Part shown: piece after piece, positions 1-13,895 of the stretch
How positions within the stretch are numbered: the stretch's first letter is position 1
How the letters are laid out: the number at the start of each line of letters is the position of its first letter
DNA from: Gekko japonicus
Lineage: Eukaryota
Assembly: GCF_001447785.1 (NCBI RefSeq)
Contig: NW_015176571.1
Coordinates: 50,204-109,500, forward strand
Direction of reading: 5' to 3'
Length of the DNA: 59,297 nucleotides
Program-made: the position numbers and the translations under genes
The notes under the pieces: model-generated
What the model was told of the DNA's origin: nothing
Database searches by the model: none
Seen by the model: the letters and a program-made list of their open reading frames with translations, nothing else

Positions 1-257
1 GACTTGCTTGTCCTCAGTGCACAGAAATTAGATCAATCTGATACCATATATATATTTTAGAAATGATTTTGAAAATATTTGAACACCTTGTCTTAAAATA
101 TTTTATTCATCATGTTAAAATAAAACGTTCCATAATCAATTTTCTTTTCTTTTTTCAATTTTTCAGAAAAAAACAAAAAGGCTTCAGGAAAAAAACGGGG
201 GGAAACCTTCCCCCCCCCCGAATTTTTCCGGTTTTTTCCCGGGCCTTCACATCTCTA

Positions 258-390
258 GGCATACCGGCCACATGACCACGGAAATGTCTTTGGACAGCGC
301 TGGCTCTTCAGCTTGGAAACGGAGATGAGCACCGCAACCCTAGAGTCGGAGTCAACTGACTTTCAAGCAAGGGAAACCTTTACCTTTACC
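258..390 (+). mobile_element. Sauria-type SINE, 3' fragment
   Basis: GGCCACATGACC...GAGATGAGCACCGC...GGGAAACCTTTACCTTTACC tail. Homologous to the copy at 6311-6661. Confidence 0.75.
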
Positions 391-439
391 AAGCCACCCT
401 GAGCCTGCCTTGGTGGGGTATACATTGGAAAAAAAAATA

Positions 440-655
440 GTGAGGATAGATTCATGGAGGACAGTCTATGAATGGCTACTAGCCATGGTGACTAAATGGA
501 AGTGTCTGTATCAAGAAGCAGTCAAGCTCTAAATACCAGGGCCAGGAGACAACATCAGGGAAAGGCCTCCTTGGCCATGCCATGTGGATTGGCCGCTTTG
601 TGCAACAGGATGCTGGACTAGATGAACCCCTGGTTTTTCAACCAATATGGGTAAT
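440..655 (+). mobile_element. CR1 LINE 3' fragment
   Basis: GATAGATTCATGGAGGACAGTCTATGAATGGCTACTAGCC... matches the CR1 tail at 32300-32540. A related - strand fragment lies at about 2580-2860. Confidence 0.65.
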
Positions 656-1404
656 CTTATCTTCACCTTCTCCTGAGAGTGAACAGAATGCCTGAGGTGC
701 ATTTTGCACATCTATGGCAGTGTCTTGGAACATATTATAGGGTTTATTTCCCTCACTTGGTAATTTTTTTGTAGGCACATCATAGTTTTTGTAACAATTA
801 ATTTGAAAAAAGGGTTGCAAATGTTTAACACTCTTTAAGGGCTGTTTTAAATAAACAAGCATGTGTCGAATACCGCTTTTTCCCTTTTCATTTTATATGA
901 TTTTTTAGTAGAAAACTAGAGAAACAGTTATCAAAACACTACTTTTTTCCCCACATTGTCTTGTTCAACCAAGCGTGGATGAAATGCCAGTCGTTGCTTA
1001 ACGCTACGGTAATTTCCTCAGCTATAGAAAATGCGGGACGCGCCACCCGCGCGCTGAAGAAGAGGGAAAGCTTCCATTACTCATCCTCATACAATCCCAC
1101 ATCGAACAAACGGCGAAGCCTCTCCGCAAGCTTGGGTTAATGTGAAGGGGGACGGGAAGGCATTAAGAAACTTCTGCGCTTGCGTAGGTAAAACCACACC
1201 GGGGGGGGGGGTTGACAGCGGCAATATACAGACAGAAGAAAGCCTTCCCGTCGATAGGGTTGCTAAGGTCCGTGCGTATTTCCCTCTGTCCATCCCACCT
1301 ATTGTGACTTCATCGCGGCCGGTGGAACACACAAACCCCGCCACATTCCCTTCCCACTCTCCTATTGTGAACGAACGGGGTCTCCTCAACCACCACCGAA
1401 GCAC

Positions 1405-1655
1405 CAAGTCTCGCGAGATGTCTCCAAGAAGGCGGTTGAGCTCAAAGCGCGCTGTTGGAGCAGGCAAGTCTCGCGAGATATCGCTGACAAGGAGTTGGAG
1501 CCAATTCTCAAGTCTCGCGAGACGCCTCCGTAAGGCGGTTGGGCTCGCGGCGTTTTTTCCGCCTCCCCCCGTCAGAAGGAGCCGCTCCCCTTTCCCCGCC
1601 TTCGTAGTTTTCTTCCCTCCACTCACACACGGGGCCGGCCACCTACACGAGCGCC
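1405..1655 (+). promoter_or_regulatory. SRSF10: SRSF10 CpG-island promoter / 5' UTR with three TCTCGCGAGA (CGCG, BANP/ZBTB33-type) elements
   Basis: CpG-rich from about 1030 to 2030. CAAGTCTCGCGAGA occurs at 1405-1418, 1465-1478 and 1509-1522, upstream of the start codon in context GCGCCATG. Confidence 0.85.
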
Positions 1656-1720
1656 ATGTCTCGCTACTTGAGGCCTCCCAATACCTCGCTGTTCGTGCGG
1701 AACGTGGCGGACGACACCAG
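1656..1720 (+). CDS. SRSF10: SRSF10 coding exon 1 (MSRYLRPPNTSLFVRNVADDT-R)
   Basis: ATG at 1656. Translation matches the SRSF10 RRM N-terminus. Donor CAG|GTGTGT at 1720/1721. 65 nt. Confidence 0.97.
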
Positions 1721-3994
1721 GTGTGTGTAAGTGAGGAGGGGGGCCGGAACGGGAGGGAAAGTGGGTGGACTGGTGGGGGGAGGGGAACGGGCTATCCCAG
1801 TGGCTTTGGCCTACATGGCGCCCGCGCAAGTGGCGATGTGGGGGTGGCGCACTCGGTCTAGGCTTTAGCGTGCTCGCCGGGCCCAGCTTCCCCAAGAACC
1901 GAATAGGCGACGTTATACGAGGCCTTCCCGCCACTTGCCCCCATTTTTCATCTCCGGGGGTGGGGGGAGAAAAGTTATAGTTCACTTCCCGCGCGATCCT
2001 CACGCATCCTTTCTCCTTTTTCAGTATTACTTCCAAGCAAACATCCACAGCTTCGCAGCTTTGATGTGTGCTTCAATTTTGTCTTTTAAACTTCGACTTT
2101 TGGCAGTGGAAAAGCTTTCAAAGATATCTGTTGAGCATCGAGATAATTAAGAGAATATGTTATGAAACTCGTTCACATTAGGAGGCCATCTTGATATCCT
2201 AAAGTGCAAAAAGGAGAGCTTAAAATATGTTTTTCTTTATTTTTTTAATTTTGTGAGATCTGGGGAACTCGAAAGTTTGCACACTGTTTATTTACCTCAT
2301 TTTAATTTTTTAGACTTTATTTATCTCATTTTATACTTTACTGGGCCCTCCAATGGAGTCCATAGGTGGCTTTCATCATTCTCTTCTCCTATTTGCCTTT
2401 ACAAAAACCCTGTTAGATAGGTTAGTCTGAGTGTGTATATGTAACTGGTCTGAGATCATGGAGCAGACTTCCATGGTAAAGTTGGGATTTTAACCTTGGT
2501 CTCCCCAAGCCCAGTCCAGCATTCCACGACACAACGATGGCTGTGTATGGTTGGGCTGTCCTAATATAGGAATAGCATGGGTTGTGTTCTTTGCTGGCTC
2601 AGACCAGTAGTTCATCTAGACCTGTTTCACTCATTGTCCAACCATTTGCTGTGGAGGGCCAGCAAATAGGGTGTAGATGCCAAGGCTTTGATAATGCCTC
2701 CAAAACACTTGGATTAGAGGCTGACTGTCTCTGGATGTGGAGGCTCCTTTTAGTAATTGTTGTTGAACATAATCTCTATGAGTTTGACTAACTCCCTTTT
2801 AAAATAACCTAGGCTAGTGGTCATCACAATGTCCCAGTGTGGTGAATTCCACAAGTTAATGTAACAGGGTAAATAGAAGCATGAATGGTACATGTGTTTA
2901 TAATAGCAAAATAAAAGAGGAGTACAGTAGCACTTCGAAGGCTTAACCAAATGTATTGCAGTGTAAGTCTCGTTGAGTCAGAGTTCACTTTATCAGACAT
3001 GTGAAGTGTCTATTAGGCCAGGTACACTTAAAAATGTAAACCAGGATCCAATCAAAATGGTAACTGATCCAATCAAAGTAGGTGAAGATCACTCCCAGTT
3101 GCTAATCTGATTTTGCTTGTCAGTGGTTGGAGGTGAGCCTTAGTCTTTAACATGCCATTGGAATTGTGTTTTAAAATTAATCCAAACATTTTGTTTAATA
3201 AAACTAGACTTGAAAAAGGCATGCTAAAAGATCACATTTGGGTTAAACCAGCAGTTAAGTATTTGCATGAAGAACAGTCTTTTTTATTTTCTATGTCCAC
3301 TGATTGATTTTGCTCCCTACCTGAGCAATTATTTTCTCCCACCCCTTTGCCTCCAGGCTTCCATTATCTCTCAATTTTGAATGTATCCCTACCAACAAAT
3401 TTTCCATTCTGTTTTTAAATATATATTACTAATGTTATTCTTTGTCTTGTCTTCACTTCCACTCTTTTCATGTCTGTTGCTTTACATTCTGTTTCCTATT
3501 TACTTCCTCTGTGTATTGTTGCAGTCTCTCTATTTTGCATGATCTCTTCTCTCAGTTCTCTCAGGGTGATAAGTTGAGAGGCTTTATAGCAGTAAACTTT
3601 TTGAAGTGGGACTCACTTCTAAACTTACTGTGCTTTTTGGCCCCCAATTGCAAAGTAAGTTCATGCCACTTCCCCCTGCCCAGTATAAAATGTGGAGGTC
3701 TCACATCAGTTAACAAGCCTATATTTTATTTTTCATGTTTGGTATGTATATTACATCATTACTGATCAGTAGGTTGTATTATGTAGCAGCTTCACACATT
3801 ATGCAGAGGTAATCACAAATGTCCATTAGTTTCTTTCTCACAGCTCATCTTATTTTCCCTTTTTCTTCCTGATCTTGCAACCTCCTTGCAAGAGAGTCAT
3901 GTCTGAGTACAAGCCCACACATTCAGAACTGCTTCTTTAAATAATTACTTGGGATCTATTAGAATAGTTCTGTTCCTCCTCCAGTCTTTTCCTT

Positions 3995-5320
3995 TTTTTT
4001 TTTTTTTTGTACAAAACTTTTATTTTTTGGATATAATATCACATTTAACATTGGCTTTCACTTATCCAATACCCATATTTCCCTTTTCCCCCTCCCTTAC
4101 TAGTGGCTTCCCGCAGTGCTCGACCCTTTTTCCCTTTAAATACTTATATTTGCTTAAACATTTTAAATTGCTTAAATGTTAAAGATAACATTTCTATCAA
4201 TATTGTTCTAAATACAATAAATTGTGTTTAACGTCCCAGTTTTCCTCTAGATAGTCTTTAAAATCTTTCCAGTCTTCAAAAAATTCTTGATCATCTTTGT
4301 TACTCAACTTTCTTGTTATTTTGTCCATTTCCACCATAAATAACACTTTTTGTATCCAGTCTGAGATCTCGGGCGTTTTCTCTTGTTTCCAGCATTGTGC
4401 ATACACCATTCTCGCCGTTGTTATCAGGTACCAGAACATAGGGTTTTTTTGTATATTTAACTCTTCCATTTTCAATCCTAGCAATAAAATCTCTGGTTCT
4501 TTTTTAAAACGACAATTAAACATTTTCTGCATTTCACAATGAATTTTTGACCAGAAATCTATCGCTTTTTNNNNNNNNNNNNNNNNNNNNNNNNNNNNNN
4601 NNNNNNNNNNNNNNNNNNNNNNNNNNNNNNNNNNNNNNNNNNNNNNNNNNNNNNNNNNNNNNNNNNNNTCCACAAATATTCCCAAGATGTCATGGTTATC
4701 TCCTTATTCATATTAAGAGCCCATTTAAGCATTTGCTCTTTAACCGTCTCATCTTCTGTATACCATTTTAACAGGATTTTATACATGTTAGAAATCATTT
4801 TTCTCCCTCTATTCTCCCACACAGATTCAATTTCATTTTTCTCTTCTCTAAAACCATACATTTTTTAATCTGCTCTAAACAGATCTCTAATCTGTAAATA
4901 GCCCAACCAGACATATTTAAATTGAATCTCATCCTGGTCTTTCATTACCCATTCTGTCCCTTCCTTTTTTATCAAGTCTCTGTATGGCAATAATTCTTCA
5001 CCTCTTTGTCTTGTATATTGTGTAATAACTTCTGGTACAATCCAAAGTGGTCTCACTTCGTGAAAAAACCTTTTATATCTCGACCATACTCCAAAGAGAG
5101 ATCTTCTTACAAAATGATGTTTAAAAAATTTGTCCATTTTGGTTTCTTCGTACCATAGGTACTCATGCCAACCAAATCTGCAATCATGTCCTTCCAAGGC
5201 TAATAGTTTTTTGTTATCCAAAGTCACCCATTGTTCTAACCACGTTAAACAAACTGCCTCATAATATAGTCGCAGATTCGGTAATTGTAGACCTCCCCTC
5301 TCTTTGGCATCACATAGTAT
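3995..5320 (-). mobile_element. 5'-truncated L1 LINE (ORF2 C-terminus, 3' UTR, polyA), antisense in SRSF10 intron 1
   Basis: ORF2 C-terminal peptides in ORFs 4197-5227. Poly-T at the left end. Direct repeat TCCTCCAGTCTTTTCCTT at 3977-3994 and 5321-5338. Confidence 0.92.
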
Positions 5321-6310
5321 TCCTCCAGTCTTTTCCTTAACTTTATTCCATCTTTAGACTAAGGTTCTCTATCAGCAGTTGTAGAAGAATCCAGATCTCT
5401 TTCCCAGTGTCCCTCCCCCTCCCGATTACTGAGAGCTATTTCCTATATTATATTTTTCTTCCCAAATATTAATTTCACTGTGTGAAAATGTTTTACTGTT
5501 TTTGAAATTCCTATGTTTGGAGACTGCCTGATTGCTGTATGCACAGTACGGAGAAACACATTAAGATGTTTTCCTCATGGGGAAAGGCTTGTGTGGTTTC
5601 CCTGTTCCTGGTAAAGTGCAGTAGCAATGGGGCTTTCCCAGCAACAACCATTTCTCTCCCCCCCCCCACCACCACTAGAGCTTTTAAATTGGCAAATTTC
5701 GTATTTTTATATCAACATATTATAATAACAATAAGCTTAACAGGTTCTGTGAAATCTTATTTCTTTAAAGTAAGTCTCTAGAGTTTTCTGTTGCAGAGAC
5801 ATGCCTTTCCCCTTATATCTCTGCAATAGAAAGGGATAGAGACTTGCTTTTTAAAAATAAAAGCTAGGAATTAATATAACCTGTTACACTTACTGCTATA
5901 ACAGTAAGACAATATGAAATTATCCTTTTAGACCATGGGGCTATATCAGGGAAAATCCCCACCCATACAGCAGCCAACCCTGGTTTTACTGCAGTCTTTC
6001 CCAAAATTTTGCAGCAAAATAGATTTGAAAAAGATGGGAGAAAAGTCAGGGAAACCCTGGAAAGTGCATGAAAGTACCATGATGCTTTGGAGAAGCAGGG
6101 GAAAAAATTCTCGGCATCATTAAACCTATAGCAGATAGCCCATGTGGAAATGGCTAAAAGGAGCAATCCTAAACTTGGAAGTAAGTCACATTCAGTGAGT
6201 TTACTCCCAGGAAAGTGTTCTTAGGGTTGCAGCCATGTATATTATGATGTGTGTTTATAGGAAATGGCAACATATGACTCATGCCTATGTGCAGAGTTTT
6301 TAAACTATGG

Positions 6311-6661
6311 ATAAAAGGTAAAGGTTCCCTTGCGCGAAAGCCAGTCGAATCCAACTCTAGGGTTGCGGTGCTCATCTCCGTTTCAAAGCCGAAGAGCCAG
6401 CGCTGTGCGAAGACGTTTCCGTGGTCATGTGGCCAGCATGACTAAACACAGAGGCGCACAGAACGCTGTTACCTTCCCACCGAAGTGGTACCTATTTATC
6501 TACTTGCAGTTTCTTGCTTTCGAACTGCTAGGTTGGCAGGAGCTGGAACTAGAGACAGGAGTTCACTCCGTCATGCGGCACTCGGGTCTTGAACTGCTGA
6601 ACTACCGACCTTCCACAGCCTGCAGTTTAGCGTCTTAACCACTTGAGCCACTGTAGCTCCA
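6311..6661 (-). mobile_element. Full-length Sauria-type SINE
   Basis: tRNA-like head GGAGCTACAGTGGCTCAAGTGGTTAAG, (ACCTTT)n tail, TSD TAAACTATGG at 6301-6310 and 6662-6671. Confidence 0.88.
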
Positions 6662-7407
6662 TAAACTATGGGTTAGGGTTGATAGTCTTTAATTAAAGGT
6701 TCATTGTTCAGATTTAATCACCTTTGTTAATGCATAATTAAGACACAAATTTGTAATCATAAAAACAGTAAACTTGAGCGCCAAACTGAGAAATAGCAGT
6801 AGTTTTCATTAAATGGCATCGCCCTAAATTTGTGGGATAGCTGTTTCATCCAGCTACTTCACATAAGTCCCTTTCTGCATTATGTTGCACTATCTACAGT
6901 TTGGTGTAATTGAGGGTGAGAACCCCCCCCCCCCAATACTCTGAGAATACATAATCACTGCTCATAAAAAACTGTTAGTTTTCCCTTATGCACCTATTTG
7001 ATTTTTTAATTAAATGAATATTTAAAGCAGCTGCCAAGTGCTTGGAGCACACACTCCTTTGAGTTGCATCTGGTTTCACTTTTTCTTATGAATCATCTTG
7101 GTAAACTACAGAAGACAATATACTCTGATATGTTGAACCTAGTGTTGAAAAGTGTTGGTCCCCAAGAAATTGTGCATATTCAGGAATTGTAACAATCCAG
7201 AGAAGCTGAACTTTTGGCTGTGTTCAGTTGCTTTGATTTGTAAGGACTGTAAAACTTGGAGGGCTAAGGGGGTAGTCTTCAGCATTGCTATATATAATGC
7301 AGTGTGTTATTTCTGTAGTGGTATTTGATTGAAATACTTTATATGTTATCTCAGTCCTTACAACAACTTGGATTATTACACCAGTATTGCAGAACAGGAG
7401 TTAGGGA

Positions 7408-7601
7408 GGGGCTGTGGCTCACTGATAGAGCATCTGCTTGGCATGCAGAAGTCCCAGGTTCAATCTCCGGCATCTCCAGTTAAAAGGATCAGGTAGGAGG
7501 TGATGTGAAAGACCTCAGCCTGAGACCCTGGAGAGCAGCTGCCAGTCTGAGTAGACAATACTGACTTTGATGGACCAAGGGTATAAGGCAGCTTCATGTG
7601 A
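7408..7601 (+). mobile_element. tRNA-derived SINE (Squam3-like)
   Basis: A-box-like TGGCTCACTGATAG, B-box-like GGTTCAATCTCC, tail ATAAGGCAGCTTCATGTG. Confidence 0.75.
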
Positions 7602-8085
7602 GTGAAGAATGCCTTGTCTAAGGCCACCTAGACAATTCTCTAGGTGAGGACGGATTTGAACGAAGGACTTCTTGGTTTACAGTGCAGTCCTAGAGAGAGT
7701 TACACCCTTTTAAATCCATGGTCTTAGAAGGGTGTAAGTTTGTTTAGGATTACATTGTTTCTTAGTTGCTATGCTATACTAGTTATCGTTTTCTTTTCTA
7801 CACCCATCTGCTTAATTATTATTAGTTCACTGGCTTGTGCCTTTTTGTAATTCTGAATTCTTGAGGGAGGATTAAGTATAGACTTGGAACCCATCTAAAA
7901 TCTGTTCATTATGAAAGAACTCCTTACTCCTGATACTAAATGCATCTTTAAGACAAACGAGTTCCACTGTCTTCAACTTCCATAAAATATGTCTGGGGGG
8001 CTTGAGCTGCTAAGAACCAGGCTTGTTATTAAATAAAATGTTAACAATATTGACTCAATATATACAACTAAACTTTTGTTTCTGA

Positions 8086-9953
<1,868 letters not shown>

Positions 9954-11501
9954 TAATTGGGGCTTGAAACTTATTACTTGGGGCTACAAGTAGGGGTGTG
10001 GTATTTACTGTAGAGCTTTGTATTTTATTTATAACCTCTGTGGTTAGCAGTGTCTAAAAACTTAGAAAAGCAGTAGGCTGAGATGTGGCTTCTGACCCCT
10101 GCACAAAGATGTCTGTAAGTCTCCCATAGTTGCTGTTCACTACGGCTTCTGGCTTGCCTGTGGATGGTTAAGTAAAATCTGCTTCCTTCGATTCTTCTTC
10201 CTGGTTCCTAAACGGTACAGAATAAACCATTTAGACTCAATTTGCATAATCCGCTGCAGAACCTTTATTGATGGGTGTGGTATATTTGAACGAAGAAAGC
10301 TCTCCATATATGGCTACCTCTGTCTAGACACAGCATGAAGACAGTAACATTTGAGTGTAATGGGAACATGTATTGTAAGTGATTTTTTTTGTCCTTTTAT
10401 TATAATCTGAGTTGCAAGTGCAAAATCAGACTCGGAAATACAAAATCAGATTAGAAGAGATTTGTGGCACACAAGTGGGAAGAGTGGACTCATGGGGGAA
10501 ATTTCATTTTCTTGCTGTATCCCCCTTCCCACTTGGTTTCCTTTTTTCTCTCCCTGGCATTCCCTATAACTTCTCCCATTTCCTTGCTGCTTTCTCTCCC
10601 ACCCAGCCACCAAGCTATGATCTGCTCCCCTGCAGGCAGCTTCTCCCCATTTCTTCTCTCCCACCTACCTGATCACCTTTTTTGGTTCAAGCTTCTCCTG
10701 TACTCCTTCTTTCCCGTCTTTCTCCTTTTTCAGTCTCCTTCCCCTTTCTCCCACTTTTTATTGACAGAAACCAAGGCTTGGAAGCCTTGGTGATATAGTT
10801 GTGATTGCTTAGCAACCCTCTAGATGGCCTCCCAAGATCTCAGTGGACATTCTTCTATTGAAGCTAGAAATGCTGTTTCTGTTATGGGGGGGTTAATCCC
10901 CTTCCCATAGCTTATTTTTTTCTCCAGGTTTGTAGAAAAATCATTTCATTGTATGGCTTTTTAAATCCACATTTTAGGTCCTCTGGTTCAGAATAATGAC
11001 AGTGTTGCAGTTGCACCAAGTTTTTAGGTGCCCAGTCACCTGAAATTTTGCAAAACAACTAAAAAATATATTAGTGTAAAATTTACCAGTTAAATATGTG
11101 ATTAATGAGATCCTTGCTACTGACTGTAGCACCATAGCTCATAACAGTCTCATCTATAGAGAACTTCAGTTGTTCACGGTCCAACAAATTGTCTGAGCTG
11201 AGTTCCAAAATAATGGTACGCAGTAAGGTGATGAAGTTGTTCTGCTTGGGGTTCTGCACCTTATTTCAGCAGATGTTTTTGTGATGGGATTATGTGTGTG
11301 GATTTTATATATGTCAACTCTACTGTCATATTTTAATTGGTTTTGTTTTCATGATAGCCATCCTTGGCTCTGAGGAGGAACTGTAGGATATAAATGTGCT
11401 AATTAAGGAACAAATTGGCTTTACAGAAGCCAGTTGAAAAATGTTGCAGTATCAAATATTAATCAGTAAACATTAAGAGAGGTGTTCAATACTTTTTGCA
11501 G

Positions 11502-11664
11502 CACCAAACCAAATGAAAGCCAAGGAAGGAAGAAATTTGTACAGCTCTTCACGTTACGATGACTATGACAGATACAGGCGTTCTAGAAGCCGCAGTTATG
11601 AAAGGAGGCGTTCAAGAAGCCGATCCTTCGACTACAACTATCGCCGATCTTATAGTCCTAGAAA
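11502..11664 (+). CDS. SRSF10: SRSF10 coding exon 4 (TPNQMKAKEGRNLYSSSRYDDYDRYRRSRSRSYERRRSRSRSFDYNYRRSYSPRN)
   Basis: Acceptor TTTTTGCAG|. Start of the RS domain. Donor AAA|GTAAGT. 163 nt. Confidence 0.97.
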
Positions 11665-11935
11665 GTAAGTGTTGTACTTGGCTTGACCTATGCTGCCGTG
11701 TAAAGGAGAAGAGAGATCATGTTGCCTGTCTGACACCTCTAAGTATCCAGTCTCGTTTGTAATTACATGCATGGAAGTTTTTTATGCCTTGCATGCATCA
11801 TCTGGCCAAACATTGTCTACAGTAGTCTGTGCCATTGAAGACAAAAAAAGTGCATCTCAAGAAACCTCTTAATAGGTGCGTGTGTAATTGTAAAAGTATA
11901 TGCCACTGTTTACTTTTTCTGATGTACCTTTTTAG

Positions 11936-11989
11936 CAGTAGACCTGCTGGAAGACGTCGCCGTAGCGGAAGTCGTTCAGATAATGATAG
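11936..11989 (+). CDS. SRSF10: SRSF10 coding exon 5 (SRPAGRRRRSGSRSDNDR)
   Basis: Acceptor CCTTTTTAG|CAGTAG, donor TAG|GTAAAG. 54 nt, frame-preserving. Confidence 0.93.
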
Positions 11990-12118
11990 GTAAAGATTCT
12001 TTTATATAACCAATTCAAAATTGGATTGGTGTGCCTAGGATAAGCCATTTTAATGTGAGATGCGCAACGCCTAGCAACTTGTCCATATTCAAATGTGTTA
12101 TCTTCCTCTTTCTGATAG

Positions 12119-12416
12119 GTTCAGACACCGTAATCGATCTTTTTCAAGGTCAAAGTCCAATTCAAGATCGCGATCTAAGTCACTACCCAAAAAAGAAATG
12201 AAGGTCAAATCACGTTCTAGGTCTGCGTCTCGTACTAAATCTAGAGGCACTTCTAAAACGGATTCTAAGACACACAATAAATCCAGCTCGAGATACGAAA
12301 AAGAAGTGAGGAAAAAAGAACCAGCTAGATCCAAATCTCAGTCAAGATCTCATTCTAGATCTAGATCAAAATCCAGATCCCGGTCATGGGCTAGTCCCAA
12401 GTCCAGTGGCCACTAA
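12119..12416 (+). CDS. SRSF10: SRSF10 last coding exon (FRHRNRSFSRSKSNSRSRSKS...RSWASPKSSGH*)
   Basis: Acceptor CTTCCTCTTTCTGATAG|. The six exons sum to 789 nt, i.e. 262 aa plus stop. Confidence 0.97.
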
Positions 12417-13730
12417 AAGTGTATCTTGTTTTTTTAGGCATGTATCACTCAACTGTGCAGGCAACTATTACAATTAAAACACGAATTGAGAATCTTATAC
12501 AAGAGTCCACTTCGTTAAATGTCATGGGCAACTACTGACGTTGTTGTGGTGTCTGTGTATATTTTTGTAATACACTTGCATTTTTATGCTTCAAATATTG
12601 ATGGTACCTTGATTACGACCATAGTTTACAGTGTTGCCCTTATAAGTTCATCCACAAAGAAAATGTTTCTTCTAACTGTTCCATGAACATAAGTTATTTA
12701 AATTGTTCAGTACTTCCTGCTGAAAAAGTGGAAAATTGGGCAGCAATAATGCAACACTGACAGCAAATATAAACTGGTCATTTCAAATTCTAGATCAAAA
12801 GTGGAGGAAGAGGGTTGGTATTCTTCATACTCACTTGTATCAAGACGGCTGGTTGCTGGAACAAATGGAAATATAGTTTTGAGGTATTGGTAGTATAACA
12901 AAGTGGTCTAAGATCAGCCATGAGAAGTTATTGTTAGGTGTCTCCTAATATTTGAACCCCTACAAGTGTATGTGTGGAGGGTGTTCCATTGAGTAATTAG
13001 GTAAATGTGCTTACACTTATGCAGTGTGGTATATCAAGTTTTAGTGAGCAGTTGCCCACAAATTGCTTAGGGCTTCTTGCTGTATAGACACAAGGTAAAC
13101 TTCTAATTAGTATGTATGGTATGTCAGAACTAAATTTTATGCCAGTGACTTCATTAGGTAGCTTGTGTCCCATCACTACCGATTTCCAACCAGGCCTCTA
13201 ATCCTAACTGGCAGCTTGCATTTATAGTTCAGAACCTCCTTTAAGCAGCAGGTTTCAGTTTGTACCCTTTGCTTTTGATTTGTTGCATTAAAACTGAAAT
13301 TGAAAAAAAATTGCCATGGCATAATCGCAAGTATTTCCTGGAGATGGCATGATGTTGTATTATGAACGTCACAAAGCTATTGAAATGTAAAAAGTCAGCT
13401 TCTGACAGCTCATGGTCCCTCTGCTTCTGTTAAGTAGGATCAATGAATGTTGGTGAAAGGCTACTTGCAAATACAGCATGGCCGTTCTGAACAAAAGCTG
13501 GCTTTTTAAAATACTGGCTGTTGGACATGTTTAAGGGTGATTCTAGAATCTTTGTATATTAGATAGTATTTCTAACTTTGGTTATTGTTGTTCATGTTCT
13601 GCTATGCAATCATTTATATCAGCATTCCTTTAATTTTGTAGACTTTTCCCTGATGTATAGTTTGAGAGAACAGTGTATTGTTAAAAACTGTAGCATTAGA
13701 GTGCAGCTCTGGTCAGAGGAAAGTTGTGGA

Positions 13731-13895
13731 AATAAACTTTGTATTTCCTTTCTTATAGAGGCTTCTTAAAAGGTATTTTTATATGTTCTTTTTAACAAAT
13801 ATTGTGTATGACTTTAAAACATCACTGTTTTGATCAAGGTGTAGACCCAGCTTATTCTCTGCTTGCTGTAAATCTAGCAAACATGCTGTAATAAA
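13731..13895 (+). terminator. SRSF10: Candidate SRSF10 polyadenylation signals
   Basis: AATAAA at 13731-13736 and 13890-13895, at the end of an AT-rich, repeat-free 3' UTR-like tract. Confidence 0.6.

Noticed and set aside
1087-2150. Long overlapping ORFs (179, 239 and 141 aa) across the SRSF10 promoter
   Set aside because: GC-rich CpG-island frames with no recognisable domain. The real coding exon is 1656-1720 in another frame.
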